A stretch of DNA of 64,000 bases, taken from Azolla caroliniana. Its lineage: Eukaryota > Plantae > Polypodiophyta. Both the position numbers and the translations under genes were made by a program. This document shows, one piece after another, positions 41,151 through 53,999 of the stretch. The notes under the pieces are model-generated. The model was not told the origin of the DNA. It did no database searches and saw only the letters and a list, made by a program, of their open reading frames with translations. Every line of letters starts with the position of its first letter. Position 1 is the first letter of the stretch. The stretch spans positions 5,270,001 to 5,334,000 of the forward strand of contig JBHGNT010000001.1 of NCBI GenBank assembly GCA_043228905.1, written 5' to 3'.

Positions 41151-41476
41151 GGATCAATGTTTTTTCAAAAATCCAAATCCATTGATCTACAAAGATAAAC
41201 AAAAGTTCGTACATGAATCAAAGATAGGCATAACTCAACATATTTTCTTGCTCCTTCCCATCGTGGTTAGTTTTTTAACAATGGGGATGACTTATATTGT
41301 CATCATTTGGATCAATGTTTTTTCACATCCAAGTCTAGTGATCTACGGAGGTAAACAAAAATTCCTCCACGAATCAACGGTAGACATAGGTCAAAGTATT
41401 TTCTTGCTCCTTCTGATCGTGGTTTGTTTGTTAACAATGGGGATGACATGTAGTTGTCATCATTTTGATCAATGTC
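41151..41476. repeat. ~158-bp tandem duplication (2 units plus start of a third)
   Basis: 'GGATCAATGTTTTTTCA...TATTTTCTTGCTCCTTC...AACAATGGGGATGAC...GTCATCATTT' at 41151 and 41309, with 'GATCAATGT' again at 41467. Confidence 0.85.
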
Positions 41477-42252
41477 TATCACATAATCAACATTTGTCGA
41501 TCAATATATGCAACAAAATTATCTATTATTTTGCATGACCACTACATGAAGATTGGTTGACCCCAATCCATTGTTACGAGTCCAATTGGTACATAAATGC
41601 AATGGCTCCTAATAGTCCATTGATGTTAGATACCTTTTTGTCATCGTCATTTGATTTTAAACCTCAACCACTACTTGAATATTAGATATCTTCTTTTTTC
41701 AGGAGTCATTGTCATCCGATTTGAAACATCAACCACCACTCGGAGATAATTGACCCATTGATTCAGTCTTAGCTTATAGGGCCACCATCGTTTCATGAAT
41801 GCTAGATGTATAACTAGATGACCCCGTGTGTTTGACCTCCTCAACCACATTCAATCGAAGGTTTATCATTATGAGTTCATTTGGTATCGCATATCAAAAT
41901 CATTCAACCACTTTCAACTACAGATCAGTGGTCTTGATTCTATACGCTATACCAATGCCGATGGGCTACGAAATTATATGATATCCATCCACACTCGGAA
42001 TTACATGATGCAAAGACAAATTAGGTTGACTCTCCGCATCAGAGTCTATGACCACGATTGGTTACCATCGCTTGAAAAGTCTCATATATATTTTAGGTGC
42101 CATGGAATATTCTTCAAACTTCAAAAAATTACCGTGAAGGCTTTGTAAAATCAAATGGCAATTGCTTAAGAAAGACATTCAAAGAAGAAAAAAGCAAACA
42201 CAGAAAAGGGAAGAGGCTTTATATTTATAACTCAACACATCAAAGAGTCAAG

Positions 42253-42296
<44 letters not shown>

Positions 42297-42302
42297 CTGG
42301 AG

Positions 42303-45300
42303 ATGCAAGAGATGGATGTTGGGCGATCTATCCTCTTCTCCTTTGTTTTTCATCTTCTTCTGTTGTTTGCTGATGATTGCCTCTCTTCAGTGGCTGCGGA
42401 GAAAGAGACTTATTATTTGGGATTCTTCTCCCCCTTTCCCAACCCCGAGGAGAATACTCTCATTCCATTTCATCTCTCCGAACAATGGTAATATTTCATT
42501 TCCTATTCTTTAACGGGCTAGTGGTTTTAAGGTTTAATGGTTTTAGTGGTTTATGAACAATTGAAGGTTTGTGTGCACATTTAGAGTCGTCGAGGATGGA
42601 AGGTTTAGTGTGTGAAATCGAGTGTTCGATGAACAAGTTTAGGATTTAGTGACCAATTAAGGTAATTTATTATTGTGCAAAATCCAGGATTACATCTAGT
42701 GGGATCTCATATAATGTTCCTCTTTTATCATAACAAGAAGGATAAAGTAAATAAATGGTGGTGTTGCTTAGGGTAAACTAAAACAAAATCTTTTGATCAA
42801 TATACCTGGCTACATAGAGATGTATGATAGTATTAGAGCAGAGAGAGTGTCCAATGCATGTGCACCAATTGTGGTTTTGTTGTTCGTACACATTAATCAA
42901 TGTTTGAGCTATATTGAAATAGGTCACAGATTCAATAGAGTACTGAGTGTAGGGAACATAATGCAAAATTAGCATGCCATCCTGATGGTCTCTGGAGAGA
43001 CTGACTAAAATAAGAACTCTTAGTAACCAGGTTCCATAGTGTACATACACATTAAATAAACTATAAACTATAGAAGTTTGTTTGTGCAAGATAATTTCCA
43101 AGAAACATTTTCATGCTTCATTATTTGAATGACAATGGGTGTGGGAACAAAAGGTAAAATTATGCCATGCCATCCTGATGGTGCTGTGATAGACCCAACT
43201 GAAATAATGACTCTTAGTTTCCTAAGGGGAGATGCATTCAATAAAGTATAGAAATAGCACGTGGAAGATTAGAGAGAGAGAGGGAGATTCTTTGTACAAG
43301 AGAACTTTCAATGAACATTTTCATGCTTTCAAAAAACTATATTTGCATAAACAGCTCGTGCTTCAGTGTATTTTTGTGTAAGTTATTTAAACAAATCATC
43401 AAATGCTATTGTTTTCTAAGAAAAACACAATTTTTTGTTTCATAAATCTACAAATGATAAAATCATCATATAGAAGGTATGAGGAAACCGAGAAAAGGAA
43501 ACAAGATTCCCTATTTTTCTCTAGGAAGAATAGCTTTACTATCTAATGACCGGCACTTTGTAGCATGGCCAACAAATTGGAGTTGGCTTTGTAGATCAAA
43601 GCAAAGCCACATATGATCAATCACCAATAAGTACACTCAGTTTGGAAGTAACTCATTGGAAATGGCCACAATAATGCTAATCAAGAAGCCCAGGATAGTT
43701 TTAAATGCATTTTATAGACAGAGTTTTGTATTTTTATGGGTCAGAGACACTTGATAGAGTACAATGTTTGACAATGAATGCTATACCTAGTTTCATATGA
43801 AGTTGAAGTTAAATTGCTTTATACACTTTACAAACTCAGAAAGCACTAGTCATACTGAGTTTTATCAACTGTATGCTTATCAACATGTGATCAATCTAAC
43901 ATTCCAATCTTTTGATGGAATTTAATAATCCCTAAGAGAGAAAGAGGGTGAACATATGGATGGATCTCTGAAATTGGTAATCACCTAAGGTTATGCACAT
44001 GGTTGACCATGTGTTTGGAGACAGTCTGGGATCCTGGATAGGTCAATCTCTGCCCTTATTGACCAAAAATTATGCATACACTCTCAATATTAATGGATCC
44101 TTGGAAACATAACATCGGTGATAAGTGGGGATTAGTGAAAGTTAATCTGGCTATCAAGACATGGCTGGTTTCCTTTTGGAAATACTCCCAATTGTAGGAG
44201 GTATATTTGTGGTTGCATATACAACGTTGTACTCTAGCGTAATGTAACTATGACCATATTGAAAATTTTCCTACATGCGAAGATTCCTGAAGGAATTATT
44301 GAATCATGGAGAAGAGTGGACATCTCGGATGACAGTTTATAGTCATTTCCTTTTTATGGAAATTTAAAGGAGGTTTGAGCAGGAAACAAGCATTAAGCTA
44401 TCTGTTTCTAGAATGTTTTTTTTGCCGTGCATTTGTTCATTCATCTCGGTAGCTGTATTGTTCGCATTAGCAATGTCTCTGTATTTAGAAACATTTCACT
44501 CAAGAAGGTCTTATATAAGATATCTATACATATCTTGGAACTTGTCATGATCCAGCCCCAGTTTGTTTTTCCAGGCAATCTGCTTTTCAATCTGCACTCG
44601 AAGTCTTGAATGCCGAAAACAGATCATATCACATCGACGCCTACATAGAGGACTCTTCATGCAACTGGATGAAAGTTTCATTGCTTTCACGTACAATAAA
44701 TCAAACGAATCTTATAGGAATTGTTGGTCCTGCTTGCAGTGGGGCAGCCATGTCGGCTCTACAGTATCTCGACCGATGGATTCCGAGTGTTTCATTTGCT
44801 GCTACGCATGAGTCACTCTCAAATAGAAATAGTTACCCAAATTTCTTCCGAACAGTGTATGCTCTTCTCTCATGTGGCCTTTTCTTGCAAATACCTACCA
44901 CCTAAAGTATTAGATTTATAATTCACTTAACTAAGAAAATAGCTTCATTGTTCTTTCAGCCATGGAGACAGTCATCAAACTTGGGCTATGTGGAGCGTTG
45001 TAAGTACACGTGTTTCTTTCTTATCCTGGTATAAAAGGGCGTGTCAAATTGCTGTAGTTCCCATAATCATGGAGTGATATTTACATATTACTTAAACTGG
45101 CTGTGTCCATTCAGACTAATGTCACTGCTACTTATGAAGGGTCTGTATAGTGTTGAACCATGACATGTGATATGCTCTTAGATGGGGATAAGGGAGCAAG
45201 TGAATGATTTAGAGAAACAGCGATGGAGAGGTTTTTGAATAGATAAAAGCTCATCAATGCTGAATTGATAATGGGAGTCAAACACTTTCTTTTGCTGTGC

Positions 45301-48300
45301 TTTGTCAGATTACAGCACAAGGATAACTTTCTACTGACATGCTAAGTTTCTATAAAATTGAGGAATGTAGATTTTGATATAGAATCTATATGATGCCGTG
45401 GAGAGCTGGAACTATGCTAATCTTTTCTCGAGTTTTTTAGATGGCAGATATGCCAAGTTATTGAATTTCCTTTCATTCTATGTCCCGAAACATATGCACT
45501 ATAGAGAGCCATCTTTTCGGTAAATCCTTCTGGTTTCATTTCTACCACTTGAAAGGGGCCCTTATTTCCATTGTGATTATCATGTCAGACATTTTCCAGA
45601 CAAACTTAAATTCAAATAATGATGTCACTATGTGTCCAAGTAAAATTAAAAATTCAACCAGATTTTATGTTATGTCATCAGTTGGATAATTTATCCTGTT
45701 TTGTATAAATCGGTTTTCCTAGCACATCTCATTTTCTTAGTGCTGCTTGACTTCTATGTTTTTTAAAGATGGAGAAGCTAGACATCAGGAATGCAACAAT
45801 ACTGTGTGTGAAGGACTATTACAGCATGAGCTTAGCAAGCTCTATTCAGGTTTTATTTTTGAGTTATAGTTATCATTATCTTCACATACCCCATGAATGA
45901 TTTTAAATGTAATGAATTATATATTGTATTTCATGATAGTTTTCACATACTCCATGAATGTTTTTTGCAGACAATTGCTGCTGAACGAGTTTCACATATG
46001 ATAATATTGGATGAAGGCAATAACTCTTCTGTTAATGCTGATCAGATACATGAGCTCCTGAATTCTCTTAGTCCAAATGATGTTATCATTTTGTCTGTTC
46101 CACCTTTGACTGCCCAAGACATCTGGAAGGTTGCAGCACAAGTGGTACAGTAAGCACATACTCTGTTTCTTTAAGCTATGAATGTTCTTGTATCAATATT
46201 ACAGTTTCTGAACATCGTTTTTGTCATGTGCATCATTGCTAACTGTGTTTTTTTGCTTCTTGAATAATCTATTTTTTATGAGAACTCTACAGACTTATAA
46301 AATCACAAAATGAAAAATTTGTTTACTACAATTTATCACATTTAATGGGCTGTCCCTAGAGTAAATAGCATAAAGAATCAGTAGAGTAAAAAAGAAACTG
46401 ATTCTAGGGTAAAAACGAACCTGAAATCTTAAGGCGCAATTTGCAAAAGAAAAATAAAAAACCATGTGTATTGATGATAGATGACGCAAATAATAAAGTT
46501 TCATGTAATAAAAAATGATTACAAATATCACTTTTTTTCTAATTGTTATAGTGTAAGGCAGAATCACGAGTGGTGGAGTGAATGTGAGAGAATGTGCAAG
46601 CGTGAAATGCAGGAGGAAAGACCATAGACAAAGAGAGAAAGAGAGAGATACTAGTTTTGATGTGTACCAAGGACTATGTGTAGGTGCACAAAGAATAATA
46701 GATGGCCAAAGTGAAGAAAGGGCCATTACACCTAAGAAATTCCATATAAAGGTCCAGAGTGAACATTTCACTAACTCCCACTAGTGCTATGCAGTGCTTA
46801 TGCTGAGCTTTGCCAATACTTTAGTGAGATCCGCAGGGATATCCAGTGTTTTGATCTTGTTCAATGTGGCCTGACCATCTTCAAGAAGCTGTCTGATGAA
46901 GTGGCACCACACATCAATATGTTTGATGCACGAATGAAACATGACATTTTTAAATAGATGCACAACACTCTGACTAGCACATCCCGCCACTGGAGTCCCA
47001 ATGGACATCCTGAGATCTTCAAAAAGTCTGGTCAATCAAATAACTTCCGTAGAAGCGTCAGTAGCTGAAATATATTCTGCTTCAGTAGTACTCACAGCTA
47101 CAATCTTCTGCAATCTGGAGCACCAACAGACTTCTCCACCAGCAACTTTAATGACGTACATGTTAATAGACTTGTGAGTTTCTAAGTCACTGGCCATGAC
47201 TGCATCATAGTATCCCTACAGACCTAATTCACTGTGTCCATAGCATATACACTTTCTTTGGGTACCCTTATCATATTCTGCAAATACACTTGACAGCCTC
47301 CCAATGTGCTTTTCCAGGAATAGATGTATACCTATATACCCCGCTGATTCTGGAGAATATCAAGGCCAGTCTTTCTCTTCCCAACCAGCAACATGTCATT
47401 TGCATAAAGAACAAGTATAATAGGGCTTCCATCAGTATCCTTCTCTGTGTATAAACATTGATCTGCATGGCTGCAATTTAACCCATGAGAGGCATTAAAA
47501 GTATCAAACTTCCTATATCATTGCTAAGATGCTCACTTCAGTCCATACAGGCTGTTTTTCAGTTTGTATAATGATTCTCTTTGTTAGATAAAATTCAGCA
47601 CCTTCCAAAGGACCATGTCTAGCATGCTGTTCAGCACCTTCGTCATGCTGTCCAGCATCGGTATCTTGTGTCAGAATTGGTAACCATCGTGACAATCACC
47701 TAAAAACACTCGCTGTCCTTGCTCAATCAATAATAATCCACTATTGATTAAATGCACCCAACCTGAGAGGCTGAATAAGTATACAAGAGCCAAAACTCAA
47801 GCGGGACCTGCAAATAAGCATTTGTATATGTGTCTTATGCTCAGACAGAGCACCAAATACAAAAAACGAACTGTTTTCAGCTTAAGGTTTGTGTGCTTTA
47901 CCTATTGCCATGCAATCAGCAACAGCTGCCTTCCGCTGTCTAACAAACTAACACAGACTGATGATCTCTAGCAGAATGACTGATGGAGTGATGCAGACTA
48001 GCATAGTGACCTTGCTTTGAATCTAGTTGCTAAGCAGAAGCATGAGTGGTGGCAGTGACTGTATAAAAGTGAAATACAGGAACACCACAAAGAAAGGAAG
48101 ACAGAGAGATTCTAGTTTTGTTGTGTACCAACCTGCTTGTGTTGGTGCACAAAGAATGGCTGCATACTTCAATAGTTTAGCCCATAAGGGTGCATTCACA
48201 CTTACAAATCAATTGTATCTGGCCAAAGGGAGCAAAAGGCCTTTTTGCCGAACATATAGAAGATGATATGGCAAAATTGAAGGGCTTCTTTCCTGTGCAT

Positions 48301-51300
48301 GTATTGTGGAAACTTGAGAACCAATACCTTCTTGACATGCCAAATGCGTATAATGTTAAACTATTTCATTAAGAAGATTCCTCTACTATATGGAAATATC
48401 AGATCCCGAAGTTCTGTCCCTCATACGTAATGGTGTGTACATTATTTAATCCTGTTGATGATGCCAAGACATGTCAGTACCTGGACGTGTTCTAAAGGGG
48501 TTAAGAACAAAATCTGCCTCATTTGAGTTGCCTTGCATTACCATTGAAATAAGGTATTGTTTGGTTTATTGACATATTTTGAGATTTGTTTTGCTGATTA
48601 GGGAAAAACATCGTCACCTTGGTGGTATCTTGGCACTGATGGAGTGACAGCATTTAATCCATATGCAGATGGTAATTCTTGACAAATAATTTTCTTCTGT
48701 TAAATTCACATACCTGTGTTTCTTACAAATGAGTTTTACATTATGGTTCTAGATCTCCTTAATTTTTATAAATTAAAATGTAGAAGAAATTAACAAATTT
48801 TACACTTAACAGTCACACCCATTTACAAGCAAAAGGGCAATATGAAATGACGATCATATAAATAAGACAACATTGGAGAACATTAGGCACTAGATTGGGT
48901 CCTAATTCTTTTCTTACATCTCACAATATGTAACATTCCCATTACTAACTCATCCTTGTTTAGTATAATTAGCTATATTATTACATTGTCATGACTTGAT
49001 GGTTAGGATAATGAGTGTAGTTCTGGAGGTCTTTGAATATAGCTATTTTGGTGGACATTCTATAGGATCCGCATGGGCTTGCACCTCTTGACATGTGGCA
49101 AACATATGACTTGTGTAATTGTGATTGCCATTGATATGTTATATTAACAAATCTTTTGACAAAATTTGTCATGTGTAGGCTCCTTGGATCTTGTGGAAAC
49201 TTTGCAAGGAGAAATAGGTTTAGTACCCAACGGTGACATTTCTCTATCCTCTACTGCATTATGAAATTAAAGTTTACATATTGTGGATTCTTTTGTGGAT
49301 GACTTAAGAAGAATCTTCATTATATGCTAACCTTTTCCTTGATTTGGCTATGCAGCCGGAGATTTCTCCAACAATCCCAAGTGTCAGAGGTTTTACGAAC
49401 ATTGGAGGGACAAGGGTTATCCAGGCTTGCCAGTTGATGGTTTCAATAATTCTCGATCGTATGTGACACACTTAATTGACACCGTGACTTTGTACTTCGA
49501 GATAGTGGATGCTCTTGTCAGTACAAGCACACCGATAAACTCTTCAAATGTATTACTAGCTTTACAAGGCAATAGTACTAGAATCCCTAGCTTTTTAGGT
49601 TGTACAGGACATGTAGAGATCGATCCTCAGACGGGATCTAGAAAGATCTTGTCTGATCAACCTCCTGTATATGATCTCGTGGCTCTTGTAAATGGTTCTT
49701 GGGAGGTATTTAGTGTTACAATTGCTCTTTGATTCTTTAACTGGTATGCATAATTTCTTTACACGGTTGCATTTTTTTTATGACAGTTGAGGGGCAGAAT
49801 CTTGAATACAACATTTGTAAGCTTTCAGTCAATAGTGAGGCCAACACCAACTGTGAGTATTTGGTTTGTCCCCTATTTTGATGTATTGTATACACATGGG
49901 CATACGCACAGGTATGTATGTATCTGTTTATATATGTGTATACATGCATAAATACATATATGTTTATGTGTATGTATGTATAGACATATTTATATGAATA
50001 CATACATAGTATATAAATCTAGATAGTGAGGTCAATAGTGAGGCCAACACCAACTGTGAGTATTTGGTTTGTCCCATATTTTGATGTGTTGCATACACAT
50101 GGGCATACACACAGGTATGTATGTATCTGTTTATATATGTGTATACATGCATAAATACATATATGTTTATGCATGTATGCATGCATAGATATATATTTAT
50201 ATGAATACATACATAGTATATAAATCTAGATATATTTCTATGAGAGTAGGGATCAAATGACAGTAACTCAGTTGGTAAGGTTGTCCAGCAAAGTTTATTC
50301 CACATGATCTAGTAACCAGTGCAGTTTTTATGGGTTAATAATGAGGTGAAAAATTCATGGGGCTGGCCTTTTAGATTAATTGGTGTTGTAATTGACAGAA
50401 AAGAGGTTAGAGACCTTAAAAATGTGATAAATTTGACGAGAAAACCTTGGAGGATATATCTTATCACCAAGGCATGGTCTGTGTGTGCATGAAGGAGATG
50501 ATGACGTGGGTTGACAATTTATTATTTATCCATTGGGAGCTACCTAAGTGACTCATGGAACCTCCAAGCATTTACAGACAAACACATAAGTGAGCCAAAA
50601 TACTGTCCTCAGGATTGATGGAGGAGATCGAGGATCCAAGCTGAAATGAAATATAATATATAACATAGAGAGAGAGGGATACAATGAAAGCATAAAGGAT
50701 ATATTAACATCTTGTAAGAGGCGCAAATGACCTGTGAGACCCAACCAAAGTTTGCATCCTAAAATATCTAATGGGTCTCACAGGTCATAACATTACATAA
50801 CGTTAATCTTGGGAGCGTAGATAAACTTAATCTTCTGCCTTCAAAAGATCTCCAACATAGGTTGATCCAACAACTTTTATGCTGGGAATAACAACTGTGA
50901 TGGCTATTCGGTCCTTGATTGACTAGTTACATGGGAAGAGGGGCAATGGTGTTTTGTTGACGAGGTCTTGTGGATGTATTATTGTGGTGAGCAGTCCCAA
51001 GCATGGTTGGTATTTATTTTTCATCCTCTTTCTTAGTGGACCAAAGCATTGTTCAAAGAGGTTGTTATATCTACATAAAAAACATAACAAGTGCAATGCA
51101 TCCTTTGATTCCACATCTAGATTGCACGATTGGCAGATGTGCCCCTCCCTAACTTTATGTGCATATTTGTCTATCTCAATCTTTTAACGTTATGTAGAGA
51201 GGTTCCAAGTTGCCCTTTCACACTACAAAGTGCATGAGAAAGATGTGTATTCATATAAGAGGACCCAATGATAAACCCATCTTGGGACAAACATAGAAAG

Positions 51301-52015
51301 ACAAAATAGAGTGATTGATGGACAAACATATGCTATACAAATGTGTTAAGAAGATTTCATTTTTATGATTGAACTAGAGCCATCTTATAAAGTTATGTCA
51401 TGGTAATTGAGAGACTATATTTATCAAGCCAAAACATGCTCATTGGTATATGATAAAGTAAGGGAATAATGAAGATATACTAACAAGAAGAAAAAGACCC
51501 CTCCTAAAAGGAGAAGAAAGCAAAAAATTCATAAATGATTGGAATCATAACATTGAAAATTGGAACTCCCATTGTTTAGTAAGAAAATAATTATACGGCC
51601 TAGTTGTTTGCATGTTCAACAAATCCTAAAATGATGAGATGTTAGTATAGTCCGAAAGAGAGAGATGTGCCCAAATGGATGTAGCTTAGTTGGTAAGGTT
51701 ACCCAATGGAGACTAGAAAGTCATGGGTTCAACGCCTACATTCCATACTGGCATCTAGTAAATTAAGAGATAAGAAAATTGGGTTTCAAACCCAACACAT
51801 AGGGCTAGTAGTCTTAACAACTTAAGAGAGAGATCTTGTTTTCTTATTTCTTATCACAGGTGCTTCCAAACAATGTATCAGGAAAGCAACACAAAGGTTT
51901 AATAGTAGGCTTGACCTTATCTTTTGTAGGCCTAATTATATTTGTCACAATAGTAGTGGTTTACTATACAAGGAAGAGGAGTTCACCAATGAATTTTGTT
52001 CGTATAAGATCCTAG
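42303..52015 (+). CDS. Single-pass type I membrane protein with ANF-receptor / periplasmic-binding-protein type 1 (Venus flytrap) ectodomain; 485 aa, 10 exons
   Basis: Exons 42303-42487, 44575-44856, 44960-44999, 45769-45849, 45971-46144, 48602-48671, 49179-49232, 49356-49705, 49787-49852, 51860-52015. All are GT-AG with matching phases and sum to 1458 nt. Signal peptide 'ILFSFVFHLLLLFADDCLSSVAA'. VFT motifs 'DSSCN', 'IGIVGPACSGAAMSA', 'IPSVSFAATHESLSNRNSYPNFFRTV', 'WWYLGTDG', 'SFLGCTGHVEID'. TM 'GLIVGLTLSFVGLIIFVTIVVVYY' followed by 'TRKRSSPMNFVRIRS*'. Confidence 0.82.
42947..43330. repeat. Diverged ~200-bp tandem duplication in intron 1 of the receptor-like gene
   Basis: 'GGGAACA...AAAATTA..CATGCCATCCTGATGGT...ACTCTTAGT...GAACATTTTCATGCTT' occurs twice. 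Confidence 0.7.
46550..48240 (-). mobile_element. Internally deleted, decayed Ty1/Copia LTR retrotransposon in intron 5 of the receptor-like gene
   Basis: RT/RNase H remnants 'PGKAHWEAVK', 'STTEAEYISA', 'KHIDVWCHFIRQLLEDG...DIPADLTKVL'. PPT-like AGTGGGAG on the - strand near 46780. Diverged direct repeats at ~46565-46700 and ~48040-48160 ('GAGTGGTGG...GAGAGAT.CTAGTTTTG.TGTGTACCAA...GGTGCACAAAGAAT'). Confidence 0.8.
49828..50232. repeat. 203-bp-period tandem duplication including the 3' end of exon 9 and its donor site, with (TA/TG)-rich filler
   Basis: 'GTCAATAGTGAGGCCAACACCAACTGTGAGTATTTGGTTTGTCCC...TATATAAATCTAGATA' starts at 49828 and 50031. Confidence 0.92.
51675..51746 (+). pseudogene. 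tRNA-derived sequence (tRNA pseudogene or SINE head)
   Basis: A-box/D-arm 'TAGCTTAGTTGGTAAG', B-box/T-arm 'ATGGGTTCAACGCCTAC', and imperfect acceptor stem ATGGATG/CATTCCAT. The anticodon arm does not fold. Confidence 0.55.
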
Positions 52016-53999
52016 AATGAAATGAACACTATTTGAGTGTGTACCAATAATGAGTCAAATTTGATGTTTGTCAATATATTGATGACATGTAATATACAAC
52101 CTTGTATTATTGTGCAATGATAAGACATATTCTTTAATACTTTTGTTGGACCTAACTAGTGTCAAAATAGAATATAATAAAGGAATCACTTTACGTAGTA
52201 AATCTTTTAAGGTTAAATAGTGAGATATTGCCATTTTATCAAGTGTAGGAGTTCCCTATAGACCCATGCATATGAAGGAAGATAATGAAGGAATCGGTTT
52301 GCTTTGTAAATCATTTAATGTTAAATGAGGTTTGTGACATTTTATCCAAGGTAGGAGTTTCCTATGGACCACCCATTCATTTTGATTATTTCTACTATAC
52401 CTTAGAGAATCATTATTTGACATTAATGTTTTAGTTGTATTTGAAAACCATCTCTATTTTCACCAATCGGAAAAGTATAGGCAGTTGTTCTTTTAAGTTG
52501 TTTCTTGAGGTTTGGAACCTCACTCATAATCTATTCAAATTGTTGTATAAAGAAAGGAAAGAGCAAGTCATTTAAAACTCTCTTGCTCATTGTAAGTGTC
52601 AATTATAGAGATTCCATAATGCCCACATATATGTACATTTATGAAGTACTTGTACAAGTAGACACCTTGGACTTTTAGGACATTATTTTTAATTGTTGGG
52701 TTGTGTTATTGTACATGATCTCAAACCAAAAGTATGGAGGAATCATATAACACGCCTAACATCAAATCCAACTCATTTACTTGAGATTCCAATCACAATC
52801 TCAACGCTACACTATTGTGTTAACACACTTGGGAAATTTAGGAAGGTAACATTGGGAATCTAAAAACATTATGTTAATAGGGAATTGATGGAGAGGTCTA
52901 ACATGTCTCAGAATATGTCAAAAGACAAAGCTTTCTCAATGCTCTTTAAATGTAGTTCATTGCGTTCAAATTTTTATTTGGTTGCTTCTTATAAGATTAA
53001 GTGGATATATTTAGGGTGTGATTTGATTGTTGGTTCTTATATCATTAAGTGGAGGTTGCATAACATGATGCACAAACCTTTGGTAAGGAACCATATATTG
53101 GTGGTCAATGGCACCATCATGGTACATTTCAAGATAAGTATGTTCATCTTTATTTATTTGACAATGGCACTAAAAGAGTCCATTAGATTAATCTTGTCAT
53201 ACTCAAACACTTGTGTATTAAAACTAGATCATGGCTTCTATAAACATCACAAATTAGATGTTATGCTTCTGTTTGAACTTATCTATTTGCTTTCCCACAC
53301 CTCAAAACAATTATATGTGCCAAAGAGTTCACTTTGAAACCTAACCTTAACACACCCATACCACGTTGATATCAAATACATTTGATGAAAAAACCATGGA
53401 TGGATGTAAGATCCTATACTCTTTGATATATTAGATTTGACTCATCTTTATAAGATTACATACAATTTTTTTATTCCATGAAAGATACACAATTTTTTTT
53501 TATAATATCACAAGGAACAAGTATAGAAGAGTACATACAAATTCAACTTCATGCATGAGGTTCATGTTACTCATGGACGTGTGTTGGCTCATAGGGGGTT
53601 GTGTTAAAACTCTTTGGTCTCAAAAAGACAAAATGTTGTCTTAACATTCAAGCATGAATCAACGAGTCTAGCTAATTATGACCAAACATATCACATGCCA
53701 TGCTACTCAATCAACGTACAGTCTCTCGAAAAGAGGCAAAACAGGGCAAATCTTTGGAAGAAGCCATTGATGAGATTACTAGATGGATAGAGAAAAGGCA
53801 AGCAATGGTCGTAACAAGTTCAATCGTAGAGAATACATCCATTGAAATGTTCTAAAACTAGCTCCAGTGGAATGCGCTTCCAATTGGAGTTATCGTGGTG
53901 GGGGGCATTCACAATGTTAAGTTGGTAAACGTTGAATGTAGGAGGCAATATTCTTAGAATGCTCCATTCCTTGAGAACTAAGTTTGAGGCTGGATCCCC

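Noticed and set aside
41137-41538. 133-aa hydrophobic ORF with an internal repeat
   Set aside because: TTG start, and it is explained by the 158-bp tandem duplication. No splice or domain support.
42303-52015. Calling the receptor-like gene a canonical GLR channel or class C GPCR
   Set aside because: No S1/S2, pore loop, SYTASL-type motif or 7TM exons are visible. The frame ends after one TM and the next gene is a convergent bHLH.
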